DNA of 64,000 bases from Methanobacteriota archaeon (GCA_963787255.1 CAWBCJ010000029.1:960001-1024000), one strand, 5' to 3'; counted from the first letter of the stretch, positions 11,753 to 24,512 are shown. Notes: generated by a model not told the origin, from the letters alone. Numbers and translations: made by a program.

Positions 11753-12773
11753 TTAGATAGTTTTCATTATCATTTCCAGAGCTTCGCCTGGTTCTAATAT
11801 ACCTGCACGTGTCTCTCTTAAAACACGCTGTATGGAAAATTTTCGCATATGGGGATATTTTTTATGTACTTCATTAATTAAGGGGCAACCATATCCTCCT
11901 TTTTTCAAAACACCGTATTTTGAGGCAATGTTTTTAATTTCGCCTTTGTTTACTGAAAGCATAGCCGGCAAATTTATTTTAACAATCCCTTCTTCTTGAA
12001 CAATTGATCCCGATCCAGTAGTTAGAAGATCCCCATAAATTAAAAAAGGAACATCAACTTCTTTTGCATAGTCTAAAACAGCTTCTTTAATTACTTTAGA
12101 GCATCTACCGCAGGGATGAAATCTTCCTGCAAGTGAATCTTTTATTATATCATCCATTTCCACTTCTATGTAATGGTGCTTTACGTTGAGTTTACTGGAA
12201 AGTTTTTCCACATTGATCTGGAAATATTTAGGAAGAATTATATTCCCCGGATTAACAGTAACCGCTATAGGGTTAAATCCCATGGCTTTAGCTACTATCA
12301 ATGAAAAACTGCTGTCTACACCACCAGATAATGCTACGACTGCTAAGTTATTATCTTCTTCTTCTTCTTCTAACATCTCCAAAAGAAGCTTCAAAATCAT
12401 AAATATTTTCAATTCTATGGCTTAAAAGTTTAGATAAATTGGTTAGAGGTTTGGAATTACTTAAATCAGAGAATTTTAATAGCTCATTTAATTTATTTGC
12501 AGCTAATTTTATCTTATATTCTTTAAGTAAAATGTCGGGATATGCTTCTACATGAATAGAGTTTATATTTAGTTCTTCTTTAAGTTTTCCAACAACCCAG
12601 CCTCCTTTCCCGATAACGGTTGATTTTTCGGGCCGATCTGAAGTTACAATAAGCATGACTCCACTTTTTTCGTCAAATTTTATGTCTTTAATGGCTGGCT
12701 TAACCTTCTGGTGGCCAATTTCTTCCCTTATTCTGCATATCCTTCTAATTATTTCATCTTTTTCGAATTTCAA
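11753..12773 (-). pseudogene. KH-like plus PP-loop ATPase (COG1365-type), split by one +1 frameshift near 12370-12400
   Basis: N-terminal part DRPEKSTVIGKGGWVVG; C-terminal part [37 protein letters not shown]; the two ORFs overlap in adjacent frames. Confidence 0.8.
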
Positions 12774-13060
12774 GGTGATTCTCCTTTATAAATAATTATT
12801 TGATAACATTATTTTAAAGTTACTTTAATCATTATTGAATTAAAATTCAATTTATTTATAGTATTTTTATTGTAAACATTTATTGAACTTCAATGGTTCA
12901 TAAAAATAACATGAATAATTGCACTTACTTAATTGGAATTTTATAAATCATTTGCTTTAAAAAGTTTAAAATCTTCATTTATAGGATATTCTTTGGTATT
13001 TTAATATTTTTTTTATTAAATTTAAAATAAATAAAAGAATTAAAAAAAATGCTTTGTTAA

Positions 13061-13525
13061 TTAACGACTATATTTTGCCATTAACTGTCCTTCATCCAGG
13101 ATATTTTCGTTTAAAGCTTTTAAAAAGTCATTTCTTTTAACAGGAGGGTTTAAGTTTAGTGTTTTGTCCAATGCATAAATTCTAAAAAAATATCTGTGAG
13201 CAGGGCCTTCTGGAGGACATGGACCAGTATAACCTGCATATCCATTACTATTTATTCCCTGAATTGCCCCGTTTTCTAGTTTTTCTTTCTTTTCTACATC
13301 AGTTGGAAGTTCCATAACATTTGTAGGAATGTTAAAAATAATCCAGTGAGTAAAAGTTCCTCGAGCGTCTGGATCTTCACATAATATCGCGAAACTTATT
13401 GTATGTTCTGGAAGGGTATCCCAGCGAAGTGGTGGTGAAATATTCATTCCATCGCAGGTATATTTTTCGGGTATTTTTTCTCCATCTTCAAAAGCATCAC
13501 TTCTAATATTTATCATTATATTCAT
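13061..13525 (-). CDS. YbhB/YbcL (PEBP, Raf kinase inhibitor-like) protein
   Basis: YTCDGMNISPPL, DPDA, THW, GYTGPCPPEG..HRYFF. Confidence 0.93.
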   Translation of the reverse strand: MNIMINIRSDAFEDGEKIPEKYTCDGMNISPPLRWDTLPEHTISFAILCEDPDARGTFTHWIIFNIPTNVMELPTDVEKKEKLENGAIQGINSNGYAGYTGPCPPEGPAHRYFFRIYALDKTLNLNPPVKRNDFLKALNENILDEGQLMAKYSR

Positions 13526-13975
13526 CCTCCTTGTGGTTTATAAATTTAAAAATTATACTGACAATTATTAATATTAATTTATTAATATTTATTATTTTAT
13601 AGTGTGATTATATACACTAAAAGTGTACTAATTGCCATATTATTGTCTCTATTTAGATAATAGTCAATTTTCACTCCCTAAATCATTAATAGGAAATATC
13701 TTTAATAAATTATTACTTTAAAAACGTTATGTGCACTTTTTTTTGAAGGCAATAACTTGGATTTGAAGCTCATTTTGATTTTGAAATTGCACTTGATTTT
13801 AAAACATGATAAAAAATTATAATTACAATCAGTAATGAGAACTAATAGTGGCTTATGACAAATATCAAAATATGAATTAAAATTAAGTCACAATCAAGAT
13901 AAGGATTATCAAAACTCAATATAATCGACAAATTTAAATACTATGGAGTACTAATAATGTATTGAGGTGATATAT

Positions 13976-14191
<216 letters not shown>

Positions 14192-14497
14192 TGTTTTCTT
14201 TTTTTATTTAATTTTTTTTATTTTCAATAAATATACATAGAAAAGTTGAATTATTTTTAGGGTAATACTTTTTAACTGACTCATTAAATTACAAAAAATG
14301 CATTTTAGACTTCAAATTATCCTTTAAAAAAATAATTGTCAAAGGACATTTTTAAATTAATATTCTTATCACTATAAAATAAAAGGATACTAAAACGAAA
14401 TTTATTCACATTAAGCAAACATAAGCAAAAGAATGATTAAACTAGACTTGATAATAAATTATTAATCAGTCAATAAAACTTTTCAAGAAGTAAATAA

Positions 14498-14793
14498 ATG
14501 GAAAAAAAATAATCATTAAACTGCAATATTCAAACGAAAGTCAATTAGAAATTATGATTTATCTCCACTTGATGAAAATACACTTAAAGAGATTTATGAT
14601 ATTTAAATAATTTAAAGCCAATTTACAATGACATTAAAACTGAGCTGAAGATTTTATCAACCAATGACGTTAATAAGATGGTAATGAAAAAAGGACCACA
14701 TTATAGTTGCAGAACATTTTAGGATTGGAATCTGAAAATATTAATGAAAAACTAATCTGGAAAGACATGAATATACAGCTTCTTAAAAATTAA
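14498..14793 (+). pseudogene. degraded nitroreductase-family gene remnant
   Basis: Manual translation AIFKRKSIRNYDLSPLDENTLKEI...LKPIYNDIKTELKILSTNDV...GPHY with in-frame stops, frameshifts and truncation. Confidence 0.6.
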
Positions 14794-15038
14794 ATAAAAT
14801 TTACTTTTTAGTGAGTTTTAAAGTTCAATGATTTGTTTCTATGCTTTTATATCATAATTTTCTTTTATATGAAATTAGAATCTTTAAAGTAAAAATATAA
14901 ACTATTGATCAAATTTATATAATAATTTGATAAAAATAATAAATAGAAAAATCTATTTTCCCCAAAAAGAGGGAAATAAGCTTATTCATGATTTTAACTG
15001 AATTAATTAAACACTATTAAACTGATTCTGGTGATAAA

Positions 15039-16814
15039 TTGACAAGAATTGCTATATTAGATCACGACCGATGCATGCCCAAAAAATGCAACTATGTTTG
15101 CATTGAATACTGCCCCGGCGTTAGAATGGAAGAGGACACCATAACAATAGATCCTAAGACTAAAAAAGCAGTGTTTTCAGAGGAACTATGCTCTGGATGC
15201 GGTATATGTACCAAAAGATGTTATTTAAATGCTGTGACAATTATAAATCTCCCTGAAGCACTTGAAGAGCCAATTCACAGGTATGGTCAAAACCAGTTCG
15301 AATTATTCGGACTTCCCAACATAAAGGAAGGTTCTGTTGTGGGTATTTTAGGTCCAAACGGAATAGGAAAATCAACTATAATACAAATACTATCTGGAGA
15401 GCTTAAACCTAACCTGGGGAATTACGACGAAGAAGTTGAATGGGAAACCATAATAAACCACTTTAAAGGTTCTCAGCTCCAATCATACTTTAAAAAACTT
15501 TCAGAAGGAAATTTAAAGGTTTCTCACAAGCCTCAAATGGTGGACATGCTATCCAAGGTTGCAAAAGGTGAAGTTGGAGAACTATTGAAGCGTGTTGATG
15601 AAAGAGGAAAAATAGATGAAGTATCTGAGGTTCTAGAAATTAAATCTGTATTGAATAGGGATATTTCTAAACTCAGTGGTGGAGAACTCCAACGTGTTGC
15701 AATTGCTGCAGCAACCTTAAAAGATGCTGATTTTTATTATTTTGACGAGCCAACATCATGGTTGGACGTCAAGCAGAGATTAAACGCCGTTAAGGTTATA
15801 AGAAGCCTTGCAGATGAAGGAAAATCAGTAATGGTTATAGAACATGATTTAGCTGCTCTGGATGCAATATCTGACTACGTACACATACTCTACGGCCATC
15901 CTGGCGCTTACGGTGTTGTATCACAGATGAGGGGTGTTAGGGTTGGAATAAACACATATATAGGCGGATTTTTAAAGGAAGAGAATGTAAGGTTTAGAAG
16001 ACAGCCCATAGTCTTTGATGTAAGGCCTCCTTCAGAAGTAATTGAAGGAGAGGTCCTTGCAGAGTATACAGTACTTAAAAAGTCATATAATGGGTTCTCA
16101 ATTGAAGTAGAAGAAGGGGAAGTTCAATACAATGAAATAGTAACTGCATTTGGACCTAACGGTATTGGAAAAACCACCTTTGCCAGAATGCTTGCTGCTG
16201 ACATAAAACCAGACCAGGGAAAGATAAAGAAAAAGGTTTCAATTGCTTACAAGCCCCAATATTTATCATCTAACTTTGATGGAACTGTGATGGAATTTTT
16301 AATGACTAATGCACCCACTTACGGCACACCATTATTTAAAACCGAGATTGTAAAACCATTTACACTTGATGAGATCATGGAAAAAAATGTAAAAGATTTA
16401 AGTGGTGGAGAGCTTCAAAGACTTGCAATTGCAGCAGCACTTTCAAAAGATGCTGACATTTACCTTTTTGACGAGCCAACAGCATTTTTAGATGTTGAAC
16501 AGAGACTACGTGCTGCAAGGGCAATAAGGAAGATAATAGAAAGTAGACATGTTGCTTCAATCATAATTGACCATGATATTGTGTTTATTGACTATATATC
16601 AGATAGGGCAATGGTATTTTACGGCGAACCGGGAGTTGAAGGTTACGCCACCAGTCCAATGGACCTCCGTTCCGCAATGAACAGGTTCCTTTCTGATGTT
16701 GGAATAACATTTAGAAGGGATAAGGAAACTAAAAGGCCGCGTGTTAATAAATTTGAGAGCTATCTGGACCGTGAACAGAAAGAAAAAGGAGAATATTATT
16801 ATCTGGAAAGCTAA
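15039..16814 (+). CDS. ribosome recycling ATPase ABCE1/Rli1
   Basis: N-terminal Fe-S cysteines, two ABC domains ([17 protein letters not shown]), C-terminal RPRVNK. Confidence 0.97.
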   Translation: MTRIAILDHDRCMPKKCNYVCIEYCPGVRMEEDTITIDPKTKKAVFSEELCSGCGICTKRCYLNAVTIINLPEALEEPIHRYGQNQFELFGLPNIKEGSVVGILGPNGIGKSTIIQILSGELKPNLGNYDEEVEWETIINHFKGSQLQSYFKKLSEGNLKVSHKPQMVDMLSKVAKGEVGELLKRVDERGKIDEVSEVLEIKSVLNRDISKLSGGELQRVAIAAATLKDADFYYFDEPTSWLDVKQRLNAVKVIRSLADEGKSVMVIEHDLAALDAISDYVHILYGHPGAYGVVSQMRGVRVGINTYIGGFLKEENVRFRRQPIVFDVRPPSEVIEGEVLAEYTVLKKSYNGFSIEVEEGEVQYNEIVTAFGPNGIGKTTFARMLAADIKPDQGKIKKKVSIAYKPQYLSSNFDGTVMEFLMTNAPTYGTPLFKTEIVKPFTLDEIMEKNVKDLSGGELQRLAIAAALSKDADIYLFDEPTAFLDVEQRLRAARAIRKIIESRHVASIIIDHDIVFIDYISDRAMVFYGEPGVEGYATSPMDLRSAMNRFLSDVGITFRRDKETKRPRVNKFESYLDREQKEKGEYYYLES

Positions 16815-16864
16815 AATTTTTTATTAATTTTTATTTTATAAATTAAAATATAAAAAAAAGAAAG

Positions 16865-18040
16865 TTATTTAGTTTGCAGTGCGTCCATTGCATCCTGGAA
16901 ATCAACTGCAAACTTTTCAACGCCAGCTTTAGGTATAGAGAAGCTTACTCTCAGGTATCTGTCCCCGAATAATTTACTGGTGTAATTTCCTTCCCTTGTA
17001 AAGATTTTTCTCTCAAGAAGGAACTCTGCTACATCGACAGGTTCTATTCCAGTTTCTTCAAGGTCAATTACGAGCATGTTTCCATCTGATGGATAAACTG
17101 GTATGAATGCACCTTTCACATTATCAACAGCTTTTTTAATGATTTTTTGGTTGGATCTTGTGGTATCTCTTATTCTGTCAATCCATTCGTGCTTTGATTT
17201 GAGTGCTGCAATTGCACCTTTTTGAGCAACAACGTTTGTTCCAAGGTCATTTATAACAATGGTTCTAACTGAATTTAAAATATTAGGAGTGCTTATCATT
17301 GCCCCAATACGCAGTCCTGCCATTCCATAAATTTTAGAGAAACTATAAACTGTTACTGTATGATCTGGGGCGTATTTGGCAGCAAGATGATGTTCTCTAG
17401 CAAAATCCCTGTAAGTTATGTCATGGAGCAGATAAATGTCATTATCTATAGCTATATCTGCGAATTCCTTGATTTCTTCTTTAGTATAACATGATCCTAG
17501 TGGATTTAGAGGATCCACAAGCGATATTATCTTGGTGTTTTCATCCATGTTCTGTTTAACCAGCTCTGGAGTTAGTTTGTATTCATTCTCTTTACTGTAT
17601 ATTGGAACAGATTTAACATGGTCTGCAAACCTGCTTGCAAAGTTATCAATGATAAGATATCCTGGATCGCAAGTTATGACATTATCTTTAGGGTCCAGTA
17701 TGTCGTTCATACATAGAAATAGAGATTCTGTACCTCCGGCAGTAATTAGAATATCATTGTTTCCATCATTAAGCCCTAAATCTTCAAGAATAAGGTTTTT
17801 AAGCTCAGGAAATCCTTCTGGCGGCGGGTACTTACAGTAATCCTTGTTTTTAACGCTGTCCAGCATGGAGTACATGATGTCGTTTTCTTCATGTAAATGA
17901 TTGGTGTTTTGACCCATCCAGATCATTTCTTCATCATTATAAACGTATTCAAAGAACTCATTTATAGTTTTAAAGCCTTTTGGCAGTCTCTTAGCTGTTT
18001 TTGCATATTTTTTTGGTGAAATCATTATCTCACAACACAT
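16865..18040 (-). CDS. PLP-dependent aminotransferase class I/II
   Basis: [25 protein letters not shown]; true start probably a few codons in (MISPKK). Confidence 0.88.
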   Translation of the reverse strand: MCCEIMISPKKYAKTAKRLPKGFKTINEFFEYVYNDEEMIWMGQNTNHLHEENDIMYSMLDSVKNKDYCKYPPPEGFPELKNLILEDLGLNDGNNDILITAGGTESLFLCMNDILDPKDNVITCDPGYLIIDNFASRFADHVKSVPIYSKENEYKLTPELVKQNMDENTKIISLVDPLNPLGSCYTKEEIKEFADIAIDNDIYLLHDITYRDFAREHHLAAKYAPDHTVTVYSFSKIYGMAGLRIGAMISTPNILNSVRTIVINDLGTNVVAQKGAIAALKSKHEWIDRIRDTTRSNQKIIKKAVDNVKGAFIPVYPSDGNMLVIDLEETGIEPVDVAEFLLERKIFTREGNYTSKLFGDRYLRVSFSIPKAGVEKFAVDFQDAMDALQTK

Positions 18041-18329
18041 AAAATAATATTTTTATTATATTGAATAATCTCAAAATAACCTTAAATTACTATTTATCGT
18101 TTTAAAAAACTATTATTTATAGTTACTTATCTAATGCTTTAAACTTCTAATCTCTTTAATGTATTAAAAGTTAATTTATGCCAATCTAATTTATTGCATT
18201 AAATCAGATATAAGTTTAAAATAGTTTACTCACGTAATCATTGGTTAATTTATGAAATATTTATTTCATTAAAATGGAAAAAGGTATCCTTTTAGAAGCA
18301 TTATACTATATTTTTCGTTTTTTAACCCT

Positions 18330-19022
18330 TTATTTTAAGCCTCTATCGATGATTTCGAATTTAACCCTGGCGCCTTCCGGCTTGCTTTTATGTCTTTTCA
18401 GCACGGCATACCTGTCGCCATTATCATTTTTTTCAAGTTCCACAATAATTTTACTCCAGTACTTTAAGATTGTACCGCCAACGGGCTCTATTGCATCTTC
18501 TTCGTCAAAAATGGAGTATATATGATTTGTAATTATCACAGCTATGCCATATTTTCTTGCAAGTCTTGAAAGGAGTCCCATTTGTTTCCCAAGCTCTCTG
18601 TTTATTTCGGTCTGACCGCCGTCTTTTAACCGGTATAGTGCAACTGCAGAATCCAGTACAATAAGATCTATATTTGCTTCGCTTTTTAAACTGGTTTCGA
18701 TTTTTTGTAGAGCTTCATTTTGTTCCTTAAAGGTTGTAGGTTCCATTACTATGATATTTCCTGCCAGTTTTTCAAAATCATCTCCCGAAATTTGTTTAAC
18801 CCTTTCAATGGATAATCCGCCTTCAGTATCTATTAAAACCGCTTTATTTCCGTTTTTTGCGCATTGAACCAGCATTTTTAATGCAATATTAGTTTTTCCA
18901 GATCCTGGAGGCCCATAAAACTGAGTGATGCATCCTTTTTCTATTCCTCCTCCAAGTACCATGTCAATGGAGCATCCTACTGGTAATTTACTTTCTTTTT
19001 TGATGTTAGATAATGTTTTCAA
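18330..19022 (-). CDS. radB: DNA repair protein RadB
   Basis: [17 protein letters not shown]-terminal KRH basic patch; no RadA N-terminal domain. Confidence 0.93.
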   Translation of the reverse strand: MKTLSNIKKESKLPVGCSIDMVLGGGIEKGCITQFYGPPGSGKTNIALKMLVQCAKNGNKAVLIDTEGGLSIERVKQISGDDFEKLAGNIIVMEPTTFKEQNEALQKIETSLKSEANIDLIVLDSAVALYRLKDGGQTEINRELGKQMGLLSRLARKYGIAVIITNHIYSIFDEEDAIEPVGGTILKYWSKIIVELEKNDNGDRYAVLKRHKSKPEGARVKFEIIDRGLK

Positions 19023-19344
19023 TAGTAATACCTCTTAAGTCTTTAAAATGTAGTTAAACAGATAAATTTAATAATTTTTCAGCTTAATTTTTTAGTTAAA
19101 ATTAGCTCTTTTATAATTCATCTTTGATTATTCTAATAAAAATAATTTTGGTGGGATCAATCTATTTTAATTTAATAGCTCATTTTCTAATTTAAATCTT
19201 TATTATTTTTTATTTAACTGAATAGAATGATTTAATTTCCGGGATATTTTAGCAATATGTTTATATTTTAATAACTAATAATAATTTAATAATACATTCT
19301 GATATTCTAAAAAATAGTAGTTTTATTTAATTTGGGAAAAATGT

Positions 19345-20799
19345 TTGGAGATTAAAAATAATATGAGTAGTGCCCAGGTTTTATTGATTAATCCATTAGA
19401 TGATGGTCATCTTAAAGTGGGATTAGGGATTAAAATACCTCCAATTAATCTTATGTATCTTGCAGCTGCACTCGAAGAAGCTTCAATCAAGGTTAAAATT
19501 GTCGACGATGATTTATACAACATGGGATATGAAAAAGTAGCAGATCTAGCTTCAAAAATTAAACCATTACTTTTGGGGATAACCTCTACCACAGCTACTA
19601 TTAAAGATTCTTTAAAATATATTAAAGTGGCTAAAGAACTCTTACCTAATACTTTGACAGTAATAGGTGGTTCTCATGTTACATTTTTACCTGTAGAAAC
19701 CTTAAAAAGCGAGGAATTATTAGATGTGGTAGTAGTAGGGGAAGGTGAAGAAACAATAGTTGATCTTTTCGAGGAATATGAAAGAAATGGTATGAACCAG
19801 CTTTCAGAAGTTCCAGGGATAGTTTACAGGTATAATGATAAAATTAAGCAAAATAAGCCAAGACCATTAATAAAAAACCTGGATGATTTACCATTTCCAG
19901 CTAGACACTTGGTACCGTTTAATTCTTATAAAACATCTAGAAACCAGGCAGGGGGAATTATAACAAGTAGAGGATGCGTATTTTCATGTAAATATTGCTC
20001 ATCTTCATTGATTATGGGGAAAAAATTTAGAACCCGCAGTCCAGAAAACGTTGTTGATGAAATCCAACTTCTCGCTGAAAATTATGGAATAGGGGAATTG
20101 GCATTTCTAGATGATATATTCATGCTGAATAAAAAAAGGGCAATAGAAGTAGCTGATGAAATTAAAAATAGGGGACTTGATTTAAGTTTTGTTGCTTCAT
20201 CAAGAGTTGATATGGTAAATAGGCAGTTTTTGGAGCATATGAAAAATGCAGGAATGAGCACGCTGTATTGTGGTGTTGAATCAGGTTCACAACGTGTTTT
20301 AGATCTAATGGGAAAGGGAATAACTTTAAAACAGGCTGAAGATGCTGTTAAAGCTGCAAAAGATGTTGGGCTCGACGTTATGGGGTCATTTGTTATTGGT
20401 TATCCTGGTGAGAAACCTGCTGAAATTGACCAGACTATTGACTTTGCAATAAAACTTGACCCTGATTATTCTCAGTTTTCAATAATAACTCCATTTCCAG
20501 GAACGCCGTTATATTATGAGCTTAAAGAAAAAGGATTACTTGGTTCTACAGATTGGAGTAAATATACAGTCCTTGAATCTGTAATTAATTATGATAAGTT
20601 TGGATTAAGCGATAAATTGGTTGAAAGAAAAATGGCTAAAGCATACCTTAAATTTTATGTTAGGCCCCGTTATTTGATTAAACACAGGAATATGATTAAT
20701 CTTTTAATGGGGACTTTACTTAGAAGTTATATTATACCTAAACTGAGGGGTGGAACGCCTGATGTATGGTATAATTCTTTAAAAGAAGAATATTCTTGA
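19345..20799 (+). CDS. cobalamin-binding (class B) radical SAM protein
   Basis: B12-binding region (GGSHVTF, GEGE) plus [28 protein letters not shown]. Confidence 0.9.
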   Translation: MEIKNNMSSAQVLLINPLDDGHLKVGLGIKIPPINLMYLAAALEEASIKVKIVDDDLYNMGYEKVADLASKIKPLLLGITSTTATIKDSLKYIKVAKELLPNTLTVIGGSHVTFLPVETLKSEELLDVVVVGEGEETIVDLFEEYERNGMNQLSEVPGIVYRYNDKIKQNKPRPLIKNLDDLPFPARHLVPFNSYKTSRNQAGGIITSRGCVFSCKYCSSSLIMGKKFRTRSPENVVDEIQLLAENYGIGELAFLDDIFMLNKKRAIEVADEIKNRGLDLSFVASSRVDMVNRQFLEHMKNAGMSTLYCGVESGSQRVLDLMGKGITLKQAEDAVKAAKDVGLDVMGSFVIGYPGEKPAEIDQTIDFAIKLDPDYSQFSIITPFPGTPLYYELKEKGLLGSTDWSKYTVLESVINYDKFGLSDKLVERKMAKAYLKFYVRPRYLIKHRNMINLLMGTLLRSYIIPKLRGGTPDVWYNSLKEEYS

Positions 20800-20852
20800 A
20801 TTTTTTTGACATAAATTTAAAAGACTCAATGATTTTGGGGTTAAATTATTAG

Positions 20853-21461
20853 CTATAATTTGAAAGAGGGCTTATTTACTCCTCTTCTTACTATTTTGGG
20901 CGGAGAAACTGTTAAATCAATAACCGTTGAATGAATTCCATGCTTGCAGATTCCTGCATCAAGAATTAAATCAATTTCATCTCCTAATTGTTTTAAAACA
21001 CCTTCAATAGACTCTGGAATATTTTCTCCTGACAAATTAGCACTCGTGGTTGTTATTGGAAATTCCTTTGAAAGCTCCATGCAAATTTTATTATCTGGAA
21101 TCCTTATTCCAATTTTTCGACCCTCTGATGTTAAAATTGAAGGAACGTGCTCTTTTTTATTTAAAATAACAGTAAATGGGCCTGGAAAAAGAGAAGAAAT
21201 TGCTTTCTCTGATTTTTCATTTAAATAGGCAATTTTTTCTATATCTGCTATTTTAGAGACACAAACAGATAATGGTTTAGTCATAGGCCGTTTTTTAATT
21301 GAATAAACTTTTCCAACTGCTTCTAAATCAAATATATTTGCACCAATTCCGTAAACTGTATCTGTGGGGTAAATTATTATTTTTCCTTCATTTAAAGCCT
21401 TAATTGCAACTTTCAGCTTTTTGTTTTCTGGATTATCTGGACTGATTTTAATTATTTTCAT
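20853..21461 (-). CDS. L-threonylcarbamoyladenylate synthase (YrdC/TsaC-type, no SUA5 C-terminal domain)
   Basis: YPTDTVYG, KKRP..KPL, PGPFT, GIRIP, TTSANLSG, STVIDL. Confidence 0.93.
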   Translation of the reverse strand: MKIIKISPDNPENKKLKVAIKALNEGKIIIYPTDTVYGIGANIFDLEAVGKVYSIKKRPMTKPLSVCVSKIADIEKIAYLNEKSEKAISSLFPGPFTVILNKKEHVPSILTSEGRKIGIRIPDNKICMELSKEFPITTTSANLSGENIPESIEGVLKQLGDEIDLILDAGICKHGIHSTVIDLTVSPPKIVRRGVNKPSFKL

Positions 21462-21674
21462 TTAATCATCTGTGTTTTTAATAAGTCTATGCTTAAATTA
21501 TAAAGCGCTTCTTTAATTTAATTTAAGTGAATGGAAATTATTTTCAATATTTATTTTCAATATTTTCATCATTAAACCGAGATTTGTTTAAAATACTTTG
21601 TTTACTTCTTGATGTAATACAGAGCATTGTATTTCCACAATATATATCTTGATGAAAATTCCATAGGAATAAAT

Positions 21675-22247
21675 ATGCTTAATAAACTACGGCCGCGCTT
21701 TAAAATTTATATTGATCCGGTTGCAAAGAAAATTCACGTTAACCCTAATATTTTAACAATTATTGGACTTTTTATAGGTATTTTATCAGCTTACTTATTT
21801 GCAACAGGAAATTTGTTAGGTGGAGCTCTTTTAATTGCTTTAAGCGGTTTTTTTGATATTATTGATGGTGCGGTTGCACGAAATCATGGTTCTAATTCCC
21901 AATTTGGTTCAATACTTGATTCAACAACAGATCGACTTACAGACGCCTTCATTATTATGGGAATTATATTAGGTGGATTTGTAACACCAGTTATAGGGAT
22001 TTTAGCTATTATTGCATCATTTAGCGTAAGTTATGTCAGAGCAAGAATGGAATCAGAAGGCGTTAAGGGCGATGTTGGAATAGCTGAAAGAGCTGAAAGA
22101 TTAGTTATTATAATGATAGGTGCTTTTTTGAGTTATGCTTTGGGATTGAACATTATAATGGAGTATACAATTATTTTAATAGTTATTTTGGGTTTTTTCA
22201 CAGTTCTGCAAAGAATCTACCACGCATGGAAGCAATTAAATAATTAA
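21675..22247 (+). CDS. CDP-alcohol phosphatidyltransferase, likely archaetidylinositol phosphate synthase
   Basis: [38 protein letters not shown]. Confidence 0.85.
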   Translation: MLNKLRPRFKIYIDPVAKKIHVNPNILTIIGLFIGILSAYLFATGNLLGGALLIALSGFFDIIDGAVARNHGSNSQFGSILDSTTDRLTDAFIIMGIILGGFVTPVIGILAIIASFSVSYVRARMESEGVKGDVGIAERAERLVIIMIGAFLSYALGLNIIMEYTIILIVILGFFTVLQRIYHAWKQLNN

Positions 22248-22262
22248 TTTTTCTATTCAGGA

Positions 22263-22517
22263 ATGGATATTATGAGCAGTGATGAAGATACGATAGGGCG
22301 TATTAATAAAGATATTGAATTATTTACGAAAAATATAAAAGAAATAGAATCAATAGAAATGGACAGTAATGAAAATGAGGTTATCGAGAGGGCTAAGAGT
22401 TATTTTGAAGATACCAAATATTATCTAGAAAAGGGAGATCTTATAACTTCATTTGGATGTATAACATATGCACATGGATTACTGGATGCAGTAAGAATTA
22501 TTCACAACCTGATTTGA
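22263..22517 (+). CDS. DUF357 family protein
   Basis: [16 protein letters not shown]...YAHGLLDA. Confidence 0.85.
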   Translation: MDIMSSDEDTIGRINKDIELFTKNIKEIESIEMDSNENEVIERAKSYFEDTKYYLEKGDLITSFGCITYAHGLLDAVRIIHNLI

Positions 22518-22555
22518 TAAAATTTTAAAAATAACTTAAATCAAAAGGGATTAAT

Positions 22556-23215
22556 ATGAATAGATTTTTTGGCAAAGAAACTGAAGTAGAAAAATATTCA
22601 AAACTCCACGTCAGGCTGGTTTACGAATGTGCTCACAAGCTTAAGGATGTAATGTTCCACTTTTATGGTGGCAATTTTGAAGCAATGGAGACTGAAGTTG
22701 AGGAAATAACCAGATACGAGCACGAAGCAGATGATATACGAAGAAAAATGGAAGTTCAATTCTATAGTGGTGCATTTTTACCTTTTGATCGAGAAGATAG
22801 AATAGTTCTTGCAGAACTTGTAGACTCTGTTGCTGACGCTACACAATCTGCAGCGTATGCAGCTTTTCTTGGTAAAATTACTTTTCCAGCAGCTGAATTT
22901 GAAGAAGACTTTATCGAACTTGTCGAAAAATCATGTGAAGCTGTTTCAGTTTTGAAAGAATGTATAGAACTGCTGGAAAAAGATTTAAGCGCTTCTCTTG
23001 ATAAAGCTCACAAAGTAGAAGAAGTTGAAGAAGAAGGAGATAAAATAGAAAGGAAAATAATCCGTAAACTCTACACCGCCTACAGAAGCGACAAAATAGA
23101 TATTTTAACATTTGTAGAACTTAAGAATATTACGGAAAAGATTGGTAACATCGCAGATCGTTCAGAAGATGCTTCTGACCGTGTTCCTATTATTGTAGCA
23201 AAAAGAAAGGGCTAA
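22556..23215 (+). CDS. DUF47/TIGR00153 (PhoU-like) protein
   Basis: EHEADDIRR, FLPFDREDR, EEEGD, IADRSEDASD. Confidence 0.88.
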   Translation: MNRFFGKETEVEKYSKLHVRLVYECAHKLKDVMFHFYGGNFEAMETEVEEITRYEHEADDIRRKMEVQFYSGAFLPFDREDRIVLAELVDSVADATQSAAYAAFLGKITFPAAEFEEDFIELVEKSCEAVSVLKECIELLEKDLSASLDKAHKVEEVEEEGDKIERKIIRKLYTAYRSDKIDILTFVELKNITEKIGNIADRSEDASDRVPIIVAKRKG

Positions 23216-23251
23216 ACTAAGCTTTTTAATTCCAAATTATATATTATTTTC

Positions 23252-23926
23252 ATGCAAATTAGAAAAGAGATTCTTAAAGATGCCTCATATGACTTAAGAT
23301 TTCTTCTTAACAGGGGTTACAGAAAAAAGAATGCATTAGCTTTTGTGGCAAATAAATACCTTCTGTACCTTAACGAAAGAAATTATCTGACAAGATCTGT
23401 TTTTTCAAGCTCAAAATCAGCATTCAGAATGGATAAAATTATTGATCTATCCAAAATTCAAGGGCAGTTTCTTTTAGTGGACGGTTATAATGTCTTAATT
23501 ACCGTGGAAAGCATTTTCAGGGAAGACGATGATTCCATTATTTTATGTGATGATGGGATAATAAGAGATTTAAACGCTGTTTTTGGGAAATATAAGTTTA
23601 ATGAAATTACAGAAAAGGCTTTAAATAATATTTTAAATTCAATTAAAAAATACAGCCCTTTCAAAATCAAATTTTTCTTTGACAGGCAAGTTAGTTTCAG
23701 CGGTAAACTCGCAAATCTTACCGAGGAGATTATCCATTGCCAGGGGCTTAACGGAGAGGTCATTCTTTCAAAAAACGTTGATTATGAAATTATTAAACTG
23801 GCGGGTGCCAAAAAGGAAATTGTAGCTACAAGTGATAGTGTTATAATGGATAAAGTGGATAGAATTGTGGACATACCATTCCATCTTTTAGAAAACTCAA
23901 AAATTAACCTTAAAAGAAGCCTTTAA
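23252..23926 (+). CDS. DUF434 family protein (predicted PIN/NYN-like fold)
   Basis: DLRFLLNRGY, DGYNVLITVES, DDGIIRDL, VATSDS. Confidence 0.82.
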   Translation: MQIRKEILKDASYDLRFLLNRGYRKKNALAFVANKYLLYLNERNYLTRSVFSSSKSAFRMDKIIDLSKIQGQFLLVDGYNVLITVESIFREDDDSIILCDDGIIRDLNAVFGKYKFNEITEKALNNILNSIKKYSPFKIKFFFDRQVSFSGKLANLTEEIIHCQGLNGEVILSKNVDYEIIKLAGAKKEIVATSDSVIMDKVDRIVDIPFHLLENSKINLKRSL

Positions 23927-24167
23927 CTAGAAAAATATTATAAGCACCAAAATGTAATATAGGTTGGTGTTTTAGACTAATTGATTTTAAATAAATAAAC
24001 ACATATAATAAAAAATGAAATATAATTATTATACGATCTTGACTTTAATTTAGTGCAAAATAATGCAATTTTATGTCAAATAGTATAGTGCATGGTTAAT
24101 TAAATGTAAAATTTAAGATATGTTAACGGTGCTAGATCGTGGAAATGAACATATTAACGGTGATATT

Positions 24168-24512
24168 ATGGAACCAGAAAATGAATTATATACCGAAAAA
24201 GTAGGTGAAGAACTTAAATCAAGAATGAAATGGTTTAAAGAAGCTCTTCAAGATGATACTAAAAAAGATGAATTGCATGAAAGTATACAGGGTTCTGAGA
24301 TACTTATAAGACTTGAAATATTCTTACCATCCGATAATCCTGAAGAATTTGTTGATGGACTTTATTTATATATAGATAACAGTGGAGAAATTGTAGACGC
24401 TGATTATTATTTCAGAAACAGCTGTGATGGGGCTGTAACTCGATTAGAGGATGATGATCTCCAAGTTATAAAGGACCTATTTCAGGATGCATTTTCATTG
24501 GAAATAGAATAA
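24168..24512 (+). CDS. hypothetical acidic protein
   Basis: ORF with GGTGA RBS before ATG 24168; no family recognised. Confidence 0.7.
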   Translation: MEPENELYTEKVGEELKSRMKWFKEALQDDTKKDELHESIQGSEILIRLEIFLPSDNPEEFVDGLYLYIDNSGEIVDADYYFRNSCDGAVTRLEDDDLQVIKDLFQDAFSLEIE

